Of a DNA stretch of 64,000 nt, positions 24,960 to 39,672 are shown one piece after another. The stretch is from positions 10,232,001 to 10,296,000 of the forward strand of contig NC_087438.1 of the NCBI RefSeq assembly GCF_036321535.1, read 5' to 3'. Each line of letters opens with the position of its first letter. The stretch's first letter is position 1. Source of the stretch: Camelus dromedarius. Its lineage: Eukaryota. Under the pieces are notes generated by a model. It saw nothing but the letters and a program-made list of their open reading frames with translations. It had not been told where the DNA came from and did no database searches. The position numbers were made by a program, and so were the translations under genes.

Positions 24960-26160
24960 AAAAAGAAGTTGTAGGATGAGTGCAAATTGAGACATATTAT
25001 GGTAAAACTGAGGAACACCAAAGGCAAAGTCTTAACAACGAGAAGAGAAAAATGACAAAATCACACCTGCGAGAATGACTTTGAGGAAGACAGCTGACTT
25101 CTTACCAGGAACCACAGATTGTGGAAGACAGTGGAGTGCAGTCCTGAGGGAAAGTACCTCTGAACCCGGATTCCACACGCAGTGGAACAATCACTCAACA
25201 GTCAGGATGAAATACATAGACTGAGACTGAGAGAGTTCACCACTCAGATACTTGCCTAAGAACTGGAGCGTCCAGTTTAGTCAGGGTAATGGAAGCACCC
25301 ACCGTAACGTAAGCACCGTGAGAATAAGGACTTTGTTTTGTTCTGTCTCTGTCTCTAGCGCTGAGAACAAGGCTACCTGGTGCAGGTAAGTGTGCAGCAG
25401 TATTTGTTGAATGAATGACTTAAATGAATAAAAAAGGAGCTACAAGAAGAAAGGACTGGGCACAGAGTTCGGTAAATATGTTTGTAAATCAAAGGATTGA
25501 CCCGTTAGACAAAAGGCGACGGATTTGGGGGGAGAGTTAAAAACAAGACAGAGCCAAGCAGCAGAGCACTTGAGCACGGAGGACAGAGAGGGGTCCCAAG
25601 GAGGATGGTAGGAGGCGTGTTTATCTAAGATTTGTAAATTCAGCTGTACATGGTTGCGTTTTTGAAAGACGCCTAAAAATACGGGAGTAGAAAGCACCGC
25701 TTCCCCTGAGTATAAAGGGAAAAGAAATAGAGAAAACCAGATAAATAAAAACTCATGAAAACGGGTCCAGTGGAAGCAAAAGAAAGGAGAACAAAAATCA
25801 TGTTAGAAAATCACAAAATGAGATGCAGTCATTTGTCCACAAAGAGTGTGAATTACAGTAAATGCAAAATAGATTATACTTGCTAAGAGAAAGATTCTCT
25901 GATTGAATAGTTCGTGAAAAATCATGCTGTGTATTGTTTTCAAAGGGCACACCTCAAACCTCAATATACAGGAAGTTGGAAAGTATGTAAAGTATTAGAA
26001 AAAAGGTCCACCAGGCAGATATTAACCAAATGGAAACTGGTGCAGCGATATTGGTATTAAGCAAATAGACTTGAAAGCATAAAAACATTGTAAAAAATAA
26101 AGAAAACCTTCAATTATGAAAAGAAGACTATCGATGTACTTCTAACAACATAGTCTCAAA
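24960..26160 (+). mobile_element. Highly degraded old L1 ORF1/ORF2 region, interrupted by an L2 tail (~25330-25420)
   Basis: A-rich sequence with ORF1-like (gacatattatggtaaaactg) and ORF2 5'-like (caggcagatattaaccaa...gatattggtattaagcaaatagac) motifs; L2 tail atttgttgaatgaatga. Confidence 0.5.
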
Positions 26161-29100
26161 ATTTCTAACACAGAAAGAGCAGGAGTAAACCACAGCTGGT
26201 GTCTGTGGGTTTTATATGACAGAGGGGTCAGTTGTGCGCTGGGTTAGTCGGGGAATTAGTGTGAGGTGAAATCGTGGGATACGAGAACAGCCTGGACTTC
26301 AGTCCTGTTCAGTGAAGATGCCTTTAACAAGTTACCCTTTTTTCCAAGCCTTCATATGCAAAATGGCAGTCCCCACTCTCCTGCTTTCGAAAAGGTGGTG
26401 TGTTTAGCAGCCTGGCCACACCCCTGGATGTGTCTTTGGATTTTCCTTAGCTACATTCTTTGTGATCTCCCCACCTATGCTGGCTGGAAAATATTTTGCC
26501 TTTCCCTTGGAGCAGAAGAAATGTGGAAAATGTGCTCTTATCTTCCCTTAATTTTTTCCATAAGATAAGCTACTGCTGTAGCCATGTGGTTTGGGGATGG
26601 ATGTGAAATTTGGATCCTTTGAGCAAAGACTTTAGGCACCAAAGAACCCAGGAGGCGGGACAGCAAACAGCCAAGCCCCAGAGGAGGCTCCTGCCCTGAG
26701 TAGCAAGTTCACCTGTGACCGTGGGCTCGACCGCCCTGGCCCCTTCCTGGAGCCTTCCCAACCGTGTTCTAGAGGGAAGGTGCTGGTCTACGGAGTGTCC
26801 TCATGTACGTCCAGCACCCTTCCCTCCAACTCCCGTGCAGGGAGTTCTGTTCTAAATTAGGGAAATACCTTCTGTAGCTAACCTTGCCCTGGCTTGATGG
26901 GGAACTTACCTCCTCAGATCTGACATGACCAGCAGAGCTGTTAGCACGGGTGCTCAGGGGGCAGCAAGAATGAGACACTTTCTTTGTAGGAAACGTGGTC
27001 TGCCTTTAAGTTTCCAGGGTGAGCCACGGGGTACAGCGGCACCCTGAGCGGAGACCTGCTTTTGGCCTCGGCTCAGAGAAAGTCGGGCTTGTCTGCTCCC
27101 GCCTCTCCCCAGCAGAGTTTCACAGCTTCCTTCTTGTCATCTGTGTTTGCACATTGTCCCTAGGATCCTAAGGGGACCTGACCTTCTTTCCCTTAAACTG
27201 AACGTCCTTAAGCCCAATCTGAACTGAGCATGAAAACAAAAAACCTTAAATACCAACACCTTTTGCCCACTTCGCAAACATCTGCACCCAGTTTCCCTCC
27301 TCCTGGTTTTCCTATCATCATCATCATCATGTATTAGGCATTCTGCCAGGCACTAGGGGCCAGGCCCAGACCTCCTGAAGGGGCGTGGCTCCCTGTCAGA
27401 GAGGGCCTGGTGGTTCTTGCTCTGTAAGCTAAGACTCGCAGATTGGTAGAATTCAGCTTGGTGACACAGAAAGAAGAGGACATTAGAGGCAGGCTTGGGG
27501 GACAATAGTTCAGATCATTGGGCAGTACGGCCACCTGGCCTGTGAGGCTGGAGTGATGGCTGGGCCCCGGGGAGCCCCGTGCAGACACCCAGCCTCTCCT
27601 CTCTACCGACCCCTCTCCTCTGTAGCAGAAGAAATGTGAAAAATGTGCTCTTTTTTCCCCTCAGTTTTCCCGGGGGCGGGCCCTGAGCTCTCCGCCCTGT
27701 ACCTGGCCGTGCCCTCCTCTCCTCCGTCCTCTCTGCCTAAACAGTCCTCCTGCCCCACTGCCAGCCCTGGCCCTGCAGGTCTGGTCTCTTTCCCTACCAT
27801 CTCCAGCTTCTCTCTCTCTTTGCTGCTTTTTCTTCTGGCCCAAAATATTTACACACGCTCCCTTCTCTGAAAGAACAGCTCTCCATCGTGCTGTTTCTTG
27901 GATACCGGTTGGAGCGTTGTGCCGCTTTACCTGCCTCCCCTGTTGCCGGCTGTGCAGCTTCACGCATCTCTGTGTGATGACTCTGCAGGCAGCAGGGGCA
28001 CAGCGACATGCTGAGGCCTGGAGTGGGCGTCCAGCAGTGGGTCATAGTGGGTCTGAACTGGGACCAGCCGCTCACGTAATGCCTCTCCGCTCGCTCTAGA
28101 GCAAAAATCTCTGATCCCATATGTCCACGGATGCGTGTCCACCTCAGTGTGTGTGAGGTAGGCCCCGAGGGGTCGATGACGGAGCTGGAACCCTGCACAC
28201 GCCAGCCCGTGTGGGCATTGTGCATCACTGGACCACCGCAGGCTGGCTCTGGGAGGAGTTGCTCCGCCTCAGTCCATCAGGTGGTGCAGGCAGAGGAACC
28301 GCCCTAGACGATCAGACAGATTAGACATGCTGAGGTGGAAAGGGGGCCGTAAGACCTGAAGAAATAGGATGGCCTTCTCTCTCCAGCAACCCCCACCTTG
28401 TTTAATAAAGATCCTTCGAGGAGGGCGGGGGAAGGAGGATAGCGTTTTAAGCCAGAAGAGACCTGGGCTGTGAAGCAGCTCCAGAAGGAACTGGGCAGCA
28501 GATCTGGTCTACACCAACCGGGGCCTCCGTGTTGAGCCCGGTTATGTTCTGTGTTGGTTGCTTCATTCATGGAAAGCAGTCTGGCTCTTCCCTGAGAGGA
28601 AGGGTCAGCAGTCTTGCTGTAGCAGAGGGAAGAGAGGCCCACGCCTTCACCAACCTCCTCTTCCGCCCTCTGGCCTGACTGCTTTCTGTCAAAACAAAGT
28701 ATAGTAGAAGTCTTACGGCAGAGTAGGTCTAAGGTCGTATTGTAGACATATGTATTTTTTGGACAGGATGTGCTCTGGAGGCACCTTAAATGGGAACAGA
28801 GGCATCTTTAGTGCTTAATAGGGAGGCTTTTTTCATTTTCTCAGACCTACGAAGGTGAAACAAACTTTGGTTCTAGGGAAAAGAAATTTCCTTTTCACAG
28901 TGTAAGATTGGTTCGTGTGTATCTTGGGGTTGTGTTTTGAAGGATCCTTTGTAAAATGAATTCTCAGTTGCCTTCAGTGTCAAGATTTTGAATTAGCCAT
29001 TTATTTAATGAATTTTTCTTACAATCAACTTCTTCCAAAGAGTGTTGTGGTGTGAAGTGACATAGAGATTCAGAAAGGAAGTAGTGAGAGTCTTGTGGCT

Positions 29101-31579
29101 GATTTCATTTCAAATGTACTAAATGTACCAAATATAGGTTATTCTATAGAATAATTCTAGCATTCTGAGAAGGAGGAACCTGGAAAGAGCCTCATGTTTA
29201 CTTGGTGGAAGCGAGTTGTGCAGCCAGTGTGACTTCTGCAGAACCACGACTCTGCCACGGGACCCCTTGTCTCGGGCTGTTCCGGGCGCTGCTGTAGCCA
29301 CGTCAGTGAGCACTGGATCGTCTTACACGCGGTTTTACAGAGCGAAGACCCTCCTTGTAACTGACCTGAACGTCCATTCCTTTTCTGTGTTGCACAGTGA
29401 TCGTGAGTAGGTACGTCCTGTTGACTGACTCCACACTGATGACTGTCTGGAGTGTGGCAGACACAGGCATGTGGGACGTTCACGCAGGAGCTTTGAAACA
29501 GGAGTTAAAAATGCCTTTGCACACGAAACTTTTTGTCAGTGACTGTGGGGCAGGAAGATGCTCTTTGACAGTCATCTTCTCTTTTATCTCCTAAATAGTC
29601 ATCTGAGTTAAAGCTCCTTTTTAGAAGCTTGGATACAGCATCCAGTAAAGCAAGAAAATTCCGGTTCAAAGAAGAGGCCGGCGTCAAGAGCACCGAAGAT
29701 TTCTTTACTACGAGCAGGACAGCTCTGGGGTAGCTTCTTCCCGCAGGTGCCTTCTCCCCTCTCTGCTTGTCCCCGGGGGCTCAAACCACCTTCCACTGAC
29801 GTAACCTGTCTCAGAGTTGTTCTCCAGGAATCATTGCCGTCAGCAGCTTTTTATCTGTGCTGCGTAATTACCTCATCTTCCAGGATAAAGAAGTGTGGCA
29901 ACACTTCAGGAAAACAATGAGTCCTTACACGTTCATTCTAGATTTTCAGAAGCTAAGCAGGCCGATTCTCTAACCCCCGCCCCCCCCGCAACAGTTTGCT
30001 CCTGAACTCGGTCATCTTTTGCAGGGAGGATTCTCCGAGCACAGCACATGGGCTCAAAGCACCTCCATGCCTTCGTCACGTCCGAAATTCAGGCCTGAAG
30101 TGCTTGTGTTTTCCTCATTTCCTATTTTTTCTAAGCTCAAGAAAACCCACCTCTTTCTCTCTCTCTTTTTTTTAAACCAGATTCTAAGTACAGCCTCTTG
30201 CTGTCTCCGGTAAGACCCGGGCTGTAGCTGCTATGGCTGGTAGGGAAAGGAGGATCTGATCCTCCTTTGAAAGTCGCTTGTGTTTCCTGAGTCCTAGCGA
30301 TTATGCAGTTTTAATTTACTTCTCCAGAAAAAGAGGAAAGCAGTCGGGCCGCCATCCTGGCCTGGTTCTGCAGTGTCTCCTTGAATCCTCAGTGCAGGGG
30401 TCAGTACCCCACCCCACAGACCGGGAAGTGGGCCCAGTGGGAGATGCCCGCAGAGCCGGGGCGGTGGAACAAAGACAGGAGCCCAGGCCCTTCAGACTCG
30501 AAAGCAGCCCCCTCACCTGACAGCCCCTCCCCACTTTCAGTCTCACTTTAAATGACTCAGTTTTCCCTCTTGAGAGGACCCTGGCCGGGGCATTCAGTGT
30601 TCAGACGGTTGCGCTCTCCTGGCTGCTGGGTTAGTTCCTTCACCTCAGTGTGGCGGTTTCCTAGCTTATGAAGCAGGAGTGAGGTCGTGTCCTCACTGCA
30701 GGGCTGCTGTGGGCACAGAGCAGTGCCCCAGAGTTAGTGTCTGTTAACACCAGGGAGTCTGTTTCTTCCACAGCAGAAGGGTCCGGGGTAGGTTCTGTTC
30801 ACGGGGAGGCCTTGGCCTTGGGTCTCAGAGAGGCTGTGTGCTAACCTGGCTCCCCTGGCCCCTCCCGCTGTGCTGAGGGAAAACCGTGTACTGGCTCATT
30901 GTCTTCAAGTGTCAAATGGGAAGTGAGACTAAATGAGTGCTGTTTAGTGTCCCAGAGCATTCGGGAATGCACTTGTTCCTTTGGGATGCTGAATGTGGTA
31001 AATGCCTTTACCTGCTGGCATCTGCGGAAAGCTTTCCAAAGTGTGAAGTGTAGCTGTCAGGAGGCACTGCCGCCTGCAGACCCACTTACCAAACTCGAGA
31101 GGTAATTGTCTTCACGACTCTAGGGACAATAAATAAGAAAACAGACTCGGTGCTCCAAAATGTGTTTAATAAAGCACGATGTGCCGTCCGTGCTGTCCAG
31201 CACCGAGGCCCTGCCGTGTCTCTGCTCAGAGCTGCAGAGCGCGGTCCTGGGGAGGCCCCGCAGGGGAAGCATGGATCTCCATAAAGCCCTCGTCCCCGAA
31301 AATGTCACTGCACAGTGCTGCCTCTGGTGTCAGAGAACATTCGGGAGCAACAGGTGGACAGAACCTGTGTATGCAGGAGCCTCTGATGCTGACAGCTGGT
31401 CATCACGAGCAGAGCTTTCTCTGTGCCGAGGGGCCACACTGAGTGGCCAGGGTGCCAGCCTCCCAGGAGGGGAGGACTGGGTGATGCCACCTGTGGAAAG
31501 TGCTCAGGAATTGTTCCATAGGTGAAGGCTGTTCTATTAAGACCTGTGTGTGTGTGTGTATGTGTACATACATATACAC

Positions 31580-31910
31580 ATACATATTTTTAATAAACTT
31601 TTTTAGACAACTTTCAGACTTAAAGAAAAATTGTGAAGATGACACAGAGAGTCCTCATAGCCTGCACCCAGGCTCCCGCTTATTAACATCTTCCATTAGT
31701 CTGGTACATTTGTTACTTTTGGTGCACTAGTACCGACCCAATATCACACTGATATTATAAAAATATAACGTGGAACCAGTAGTGTTATGATTAATGAGCT
31801 AATACTGCTTAACTCAAGGCCACCCTTTGTTCAGATTTCCTTAGTTTCTCCCTGTTCCAGGGTCCCATCCAGGGTCCTGTCCAGGAGCCACATTGCATAT
31901 CATTGTCCTG
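31580..31910 (-). mobile_element. L1MC-like 3' end fragment
   Basis: ttcagacttaaagaaaaattgtgaagatgacacagagagtcctcat...cagatttccttagttt...ctgttccagggtcccatccagg. Confidence 0.6.
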
Positions 31911-33139
31911 CCTCTTCTTGGCTTTGACACTTTCTGTTGCTTTTTTATTATTATTATTGTAGTGGCCTCCTTGTCCCTCCTTCATCATTACCACCTTATT
32001 CTGATTCCAGTTCATGGCTTAACGCCTCCCTCGTTTGTCCACAAGGAGGGGCGACTGTCTCCAACCGGAGGCTGCGGGTCACTGTGTCAGAGCCGTGACA
32101 GGCGTGGGGCTCAGGCACCTGATGTGAGAGTGGTTTCCGTGCCGTCACTCAGACTCCCTGAGACCATGTGACAGTCTGTGTGGAGGGCTTCTAGTCATGG
32201 AGTCATCGCTGGCAGGTGGCCAGACTGCCCTGCAGGGGAGGTGGAGGCCCCGAGGTGCACAGGATGGAGAGTGGACGTTTATGAAACATGGTTTTGTTGT
32301 TACAGAGCCCTTTGGAAGTGGGCAGTTTCACCATCTCTGCTCTCAGCAGGAATCATTGCAACCTAGCTTTCAAGTGGGTCACAGTGACTATATATAAAAC
32401 CCTTTAACTGAGCTTTTGAGCAGTCAGATTGGGAACTGACCGTGCTTTTCAGATTATTTCACGTAGTTGATTCCAAAGAACATGCCAAGTGCGCACACAG
32501 ACGTTTTCTGAGCCTGGCCCTGCTAGTCAGTCTGAAGGGGTTCTTGGACATCTCTTCCATCATTTCTAGAAAGAGTTCAGAAAGATCCTTTGTTAATAGT
32601 ACAGAACGTTCTTATGAGACTTGGATGGTACCGAAAAAGAAGAGTCCTCTGAAGATGGTTTTTCGGATGGGCAGGGAGAAGGAGATGGCTGTGAGCCTTG
32701 CAGTGTGTAAAACAGGGCTATGCTGGACACTGGGGAGGCATCCTGCGAGCTGAATGACACCCTCGTGGTGTAAGTAGGGCTCCAGAGCCAGGCAGACCTG
32801 GGGGGTCCTGTTCCACCACCTGCCAGCCTTGGCCCCTGCGTCTGGTGACTGCCCTCCACTCCTCAGTCTCCTGACCTGTGATGAGCCTGGGTTGGGAATG
32901 GACGGCCCAGCTCTGGGGAGGCACTGAGACCCCACGGAAGTACGTGCTCAGGACCAGGGCACCTGTGGGGTAGGAGCATTCAGCCTGTGGTGGTGACAGA
33001 GAGCAGACCGACCTTCAGCTGGCCTGTGTTACCACTGTCCAACTGCAGTTGGCCCCGCACCCCCTCATTGCCTCCAGGGTAGACTGCTCCACCCTCTCCT
33101 GCACCCAGACGCTTGGGGGGCCTCAGTCTGTAAGTGTGG

Positions 33140-34150
33140 GTGTTACAACCGTAATACCACTCTCAAAATCAGGAATTAGCACTTGCACATGATTCCCCCC
33201 TAATCCTCAGACCCCATGGTGTCCTTCGTAGCTAAAGGATCCGGTGGAGAGCCACCTGTGACGTCTGCTTGTCACATCTCTTAGTGTCCCTCAGCCCTGA
33301 GCTTCTCCTTGGTCCTTCCTTGACTAGTGTGACCTGACCCTTTGGAAGGTCTCAGGCCTGTTGTTTTGGAGAATGCCCCTCACTTTGGGTTTGTCCTCAC
33401 CGCTGTATTCTGCTTACACGTCTCCGACAGGAGTGTCCTGGGAGCGCTGCCCTGCCCTCCTCATGCCATCCCATCAGTAGACACACGGGTGTAATTTGTC
33501 CTGTTACATACGGTGTTCACCGTGACCCCTGGGTTACGGCGGTGTCTGCCAGGCTTCTCTGTTGTGACGTGAGTGTTTCCCCCTTAGGATTTAGTAAGTA
33601 CTTTGCAGGGAGGTACTTTGAAATTCTGTAAATATGCTGTTCCTTGTCCAGTTTTACTTGTTTGTGTCAGTCAGGACTCATGGTTTCCTGCTGAGTGGAC
33701 TGCACTCCATCACCGTCACTGTTTACTCGGATGCTCAGTTTGTCCCTTATTTGGCCTCTCCAAGCTGGCTTCTCTGTCCTGTCCTGTCCACATTGTTCTG
33801 GACCATCTCCTTATTGTGTTTGGGCCACAGTAGGATGTTGCAGACTCATCTTGTACTCAGTCCCACCCCAGCCCTGGAATCCGCCACGTCTCCATGGAGC
33901 CTGGTTCTGACCAGAGGAGAGTGGCGCTTAGAAGTGGAGGTCGGGTACTAAGCCTGCTTACTGCTTTTGGGCCATTGCTGTTCCCAGGCTCCATCGGTGG
34001 ATGGGGGTCAGGGGGAGGAACGTGAGTGAGTGTGTACTGTCTGTGTGTTGAAAACTATTCACATTGGTCCCCCAGTTCCAATCCAGTGACACAGGGTTAA
34101 TGCAAGTGTTCTCCTTCTCCATATTTGTAACCCCTTCTCCCAAATGAGGA
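33140..34150 (-). mobile_element. L1MC-like 3' region
   Basis: aaaatcaggaattagcactt...ggtgtctgccaggcttctc...ggatgttgcagactcatcttgtac...tcccaaatgaggaa. Confidence 0.6.
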
Positions 34151-35249
34151 ATTCTTATTGTCCTGAATGTGTGGCTTTTTAGACGAAATGCCCCTGGAGG
34201 TCACCAGTCTCCCACCCAGGAGGCTGCCCATAGCAGGGGCGCCCCGTGACCCTTCGGTCTGGGACTCCTTGCAGGGGCACGCTCCCCACACTCTGGACCA
34301 CTGCCATCTCACCTGAGATGCCAGCCCTGGGACTGAGATGCTGGGGAAGGAGGAGGATGAGGGCTCAGCCTGTTCTCACGGAGAACTACACACTTGCCCT
34401 GGGCCTACCTGGAGGCCTCGCTCCTGCTCTTCCTGGCACTGTTCCTTCCTCTCCAGCCTGTCCGCTCCTCCCTCCGCCCCCAGCAGCAGACCTCTCGCTA
34501 GCAGTTCCTTAAACAGTACGGGGGCCCTAACAGACCTGTTTATTTTATTTGAGGAACCCGTTTGCAGCCTCTCATTTATCAAGAGTTAGAGTAATTTTCA
34601 GAGTATTTTAGACACCCACTTGCACTTAACTCTCAGCTCTTTAAAATGCCAGCTGCTTTATAGCCATTATAGTTATTGTTTCCTTTTTCTCAGAAAATGT
34701 GTACTCTGAAGTAGAAAAAAAATTTATAAGTGCAGAATTACTGATCAGGAGAAACACAGGAAGAGACACTAACTCATGTTTGTTTGGAACATACCCTTTT
34801 CACTTGCTCTTGGGGAATTATCACAAAGTGGTGTATCATATTGAAACACACAAAACTGGAACTCTCCACTCTGCCATAAAACCGGGAGAAAAAGTGAAGC
34901 GGGCATTTGTGGCTACGAGCTGCCTTCTGGCCATGCAGCAGCAAAGAGCTGGAAGCCCTTTGTGAGTCACAGGACAGCCAGCAGCTGCCTGCAGACACCC
35001 CATTCCTGCTGCAGACGGAAGGGCTGCTGTGAGATTCAGAGTTTAACAGCCCAAAACAAGAATGGAAGAGGCTGCTGATAGAGATGTACTGGATCCTAAA
35101 ACCATCTCTTCCCAGCCTGTTTTTCCTGTTTGATTGGCAGAGACAGTCAGGAATATCACCCGCAGACTCTTGCAGTATTTCGTGACTCCCAGCCTGGCCA
35201 GTTTGTTTTCTTGTTCACCTTCTGTTTCTCTGAACATTCTCTTCTGCAG

Positions 35250-35441
35250 AACACATACACCAATGCGGATAAGTTACTAGAAGCAGCAGAACAGCTGGCT
35301 CAGACCGGGGAGTGTGACCCAGAAGAGATCTACCAGGCTGCCCACCAGCTTGAGGACCGCATCCAAGATTTCGTCCGGCGAGTGGAGCAGCGGAAGATCC
35401 TACTGGACATGTCGGTGTCCTTTCACACCCACGTGAAAGAG
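35250..35441 (+). CDS. TRIO: TRIO coding exon D (192 nt; NTYTNADKLL...SFHTHVKE)
   Basis: Long pyrimidine tract ending cttctgcag|AAC, donor GAG|gtaagg; lies within ORF 35130..35573; phase 0/0. Confidence 0.96.
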
Positions 35442-37322
35442 GTAAGGCATCCGGAGCCCCCGTCGGAAAGGGTCTTTGAGCGCCTTGGAAGGATGAGGGC
35501 GGTCACAATGTCAGAAGTGGACCGGAAGTGGCCAGCGATGACACGTAGCTGGTTCTCGCTGAGTGGGGACTGAGCTGGCCTCCTTGCTGGCCTTCCTCGC
35601 CACAGGGACACATTGTGGCCCTCGGATTGGGGAGCAGTGTCTGCCAGAGCAGACCCGTGAGGGTGGAGGCAGCCAGGGAGACTGTGGATCAGGAGGCGAG
35701 CAGGGAAAGCAGGAGCTGAAGGAGATGTCATCACCTTGGAGAGAGGCAGGGCGTGTCCGCTTTAGCAGAGATAGATGACCTATACATTGCGGTCAGAGGT
35801 CAGAGCTGTGGGGCTTCCTTTCTGCCTATTCCCCTGTCATGTGGCCGAAGTCATGGCCATTTGATTTTATCAGGCTGTGTGACTACTTTCAGATACTCAC
35901 AGAAGTGAATTCTGCATAATGTTGACTTTAAATGTACCACAGCCAACATGGCCTTAGTCATATTAGTGCTGCTGTCATGGGTGTGCTCCTGCTGGTCAGC
36001 TTGTCTCAGAAGAAGAGATAATGTGTTATTTGATAGATGGTAAGTAGGTTGGTACTGATTATACACTGCATATGTGTTACGCTTAGTGAAAATTGGAGAA
36101 AATTACAATTGAAGAAACTATCATGTAGCTTTCGAGATAAAAAGGATTTGTAGTAAAAACAAAGTTTTTAGTAGGAGTACGAATTGATTAAGGATGTCAA
36201 CTTTATCTTATTTCTAAGGAAAAAAATTCTCCATTTCACAGCTCTTTATAAATTGGAAATGAGGGGCCTTTTTAGGTAGTTTGGGATTAAGTTCACAAAG
36301 GCTGTGGTAACAGGTTGTGAAGAGGGATGGGGAACAGTCAGATCATGGGGCCCACTTGGAGAGGGCTGGGCCTGGCTCAACTTGTTTATAGGCATCAGAG
36401 ATCAGGGACCAATGAAATTTTTTAAAGGAAAAGAACTTCACCTCCATGTCAGGGATCTTGGGCAGTCAGTCCTCAGCCAGGCTATTTGTAACTTGAAAGT
36501 TTGGCTCCAGGAAAACCAGACTCACTTTCAACTCTGAAACACCACGAGCCCAGGAAGACAGCGTAGGGGGCGTACTTGGCAAACTGCTGGGACCCTGAGC
36601 AGCCCTTTCTGCAGAGGGGCTGGTGCTTTGTGGGCCCTGGACAGTTGTCAGAATAGAAAACTGCCAGGACTGGCTTCTTTCCCTGCTTTAATAATGCCAA
36701 AACAAAAAAAGACTTCCCAGCATTTACAAAGAGACTATTTATTTTCCAAGGAGACACGTTCAGTGGATATTGGTCCACGGCAGTTCTGATCACAGGTGCA
36801 CGTGGCAGCTTGAGTCAAATCACAACAATGAACCAGTCTGCTGCCTCTGCCAGCTCCCTCCTCCGCCTCCTGCAGCCCTGCAACCAGGAAGAGAAATTTG
36901 GTTAGACTGTTCTCTTGCTTTTGAACCAACAGTGATTCTTTGTGTATCTGGAACACCAGCCTGAAGCCCCGAAGCATCCTTGTGGTCTGGCCCATGCAGA
37001 GTCAGATGCACTGCTCTCCTTCACTTCCCCAGTTAGCGGATCCTCCTGCACTCTCTAGAACTTTCTTTACGCCTACCCCTGTTATAGCACTTGTCTTGTG
37101 GTATAGTTTTGTGTTACCCTCTTCTTCTCACCAGTATTAGTACACTAACTTTTCTGTATTTTACATGTTTTTACCCTCTAGCTGAGAGGGGAGGAAGATA
37201 CCAAGTGTGGAAAGGGAGGCTGTGCCTTTGTTAGACTGTGACAGACAAAGCCGGGAGGAGCTCTGAGCAGCCCAGACCTTTGGGAGGGAAGCACGGTGGG
37301 CGGGGGCTGGAGTTCTGCATTG

Positions 37323-37340
37323 GGGCAGCAGGGGGCGCTG
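37323..37340 (+). promoter_or_regulatory. CTCF-like motif
   Basis: gggcagcagggggcgctg against the CCASYAGRKGGCRS core; motif match only. Confidence 0.45.
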
Positions 37341-38944
37341 TGGACAGGACGGTGTTTATAGAGCGATGCGGGCAGCACCAGGCAGCCAGGACTAATCTGA
37401 TAAGTGTCTGTGTGACATGCCTTAGGGACACTCTAGCAGGATTTGTGAAGATATAACTTGCATTTAGGACAAAAAAGATTCTTTCCCCAAAGTATTTATA
37501 ACTTAGATCACCTTTTCAACTTTGGTATGATTTTCAAAAAGGAGGTACTAAAGAAAACTAGACTGAGAGCCTTTTACAAATCTGTTCTCCAGAGACGAAG
37601 TTTGGGCTCACTGATTTTTGTAACATCAGTGGCATTTTTAAGGAAAAACATGGTAAAAGCATTCCAGTTAGTAAACTACAGGGTCTGTTTTGTCACACTA
37701 GGTTTGGAAGTTTATTGAAAAATGAAAATACGTTTTGTTTTCTTGACTTACACTATAGGAACTTCTTGTACGTATGAAGTTTGTAGACTAAGGGGAACTT
37801 AAGTCTGTTTTGAAAGCTAAGTGGTTCACCTTTACAATTTGAGAATTTTCAGTACATTCATTCTTTCCTTTATTATATGAAAAACCTTCACAGTAGCAGA
37901 GACGGTGGTATGTTCACCATGATTTGGTTCCCCTTAAATGTGTGCCCCTAAGGTGACCTGGGCTAGGGAGGGGTTTTGTGACAGCCGGGGAAGGGTGCAT
38001 AGCAGGACGCACACGTGCTCGGTGACGGGGAGGGCAGGTGTTTGGGGAAGCTGGCCGCACACAGTGTGGAATACTGTCTGACCCTTCCCCAAGATGTGCT
38101 TGGACTTTGTTTTTAGCCCCAGCCCTTTTCTCAGTGGATTTATTTTTTTCTGACGAGCCCCAGCATCTTCTTTAGCCTCCTTTCTCTGTGCTACACGAAT
38201 GCCCTCAAACCTGCAGGGACACTTGGTAGCTTTTATGCAGGAAGGAATGGTTTCTTCAGTCATTGTGTTTTGAAACCAGTTATTGAAAGAAAACTCAGAT
38301 TCGTTTAGAACATACTTCATTATGTATTTTAAAACAAAATTAAAAGTGAGAGAGGGCCAAGAGGAGGAAGTCATGCTAATTAAATGTGTTTGCATCAAGT
38401 CACTAAATATTTTAATATAGCAGATGAATGAAGAATGGCTAAAAGATTTAGGTTATCAGAATTAATTTTTCTCAAGCAGATCATACAATTTAAAATAACA
38501 CAGAAGGAGGCAGAAAAAGCGCCTTGCCTTTGTCATTTAGGCAAATATGTGAAGCTTTTTAGAAGTTAACGTTCAAAGGCTTTCCGATGCGGGGCTTACC
38601 GCTCGTCACTCCCAGGTGTCCGGCAGTGCTTTTATTTCTCACTTTATCCAGGGCGTAGCCCTCTCTTTTTTGCAGTGAATTTCTGGCCCTCTGAGGAGCA
38701 AGTAATACAAAGGCGATCTCATTAACGACCAGCTTTGGAAAGGTGCCAGATCAAGGTGATATCTGCTCAGTGTTGGCTCAGGATTCTTTTTAAGAGTCAC
38801 ACCTGGAAGAAGGCTGGTGGTTTTAAGTCTCTTCACAGACCAGGCACTTAGATTCCGCAGGGAGTCCTCGAACTATAGTCTCTTACCCCCAGAGGACAGA
38901 ATGGACAGTGCTTGTTCCCCCGGAAAGAGAGAGAAGAGGAGATA

Positions 38945-39206
38945 CAGACCCTTGAACACCCGGGTTTGAACCGCGCAGGTCCACTTCCACGCAGATGTCT
39001 TTCAGTAGTAAACTCTGTGGTACCACACGACCTGCAGTTAGTTGAATCTGCAGATGCAGAACCGCAGATGTGGAGGAACCACAGAGGCAGAGGAACTGTG
39101 GATGTTCAGGAACCACGGGTAGGAGGGCTGACTGTAAATTATACATGGATTTTCACCTGCATGGAGGGTCGGTGCCTCTAACTCCCAGTTGTTCAAGGAT
39201 CAGCTG
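38945..39206 (+). mobile_element. Tigger2a-like MITE with both TIRs and TA duplication
   Basis: TA|cagacccttgaacacccgggtttgaaccgcgcaggtccac ... cctctaactcccagttgttcaaggatcagctg|TA; terminal inverted repeats and TA flanks visible. Confidence 0.8.
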
Positions 39207-39627
39207 TATTTTCACGTAGATGGCAAATGTTTTATACTTTAAGGCTGAATGCGGAAGGTGGTTGATAGAAGTGTCAGCCTCAATTTCACCCTTAAACCCA
39301 GATTTGGAAGCATCCTGGGACCCTTTCCTCAGTATTTTCCTCTGAAAGGAATTCATGAAATGTTTGACCCACTCTCAGAAGGCTTGAGGACTATCTGTCC
39401 TTTTTTTTTTAAAAATGTTTTTAAAGTAGTATTGTAGTATTTAAAAGGAATGTTGATCAACCTAACATAAATCTAATTTTATTTTAAGGGAGTTTTTGTT
39501 TTCCACTTCAATCTTTCTCTTCCCTTCAGTATTTTGTAGCATTTTATTCACATCAGTTCTGATTATACTTCTCCCATCTTTAGGCCTTTGTTATCTGTCC
39601 TCCTTTCCTTTTGAATGTATTTTCCAC

Positions 39628-39672
39628 TGTTCATTCATTCATTCATTCATTCACTCTTTCACTCATTCATTC
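39628..39672. repeat. (TTCA)n microsatellite, likely an antisense L2 tail
   Basis: tcattcattcattcattcattcactctttcactcattcattc. Confidence 0.7.
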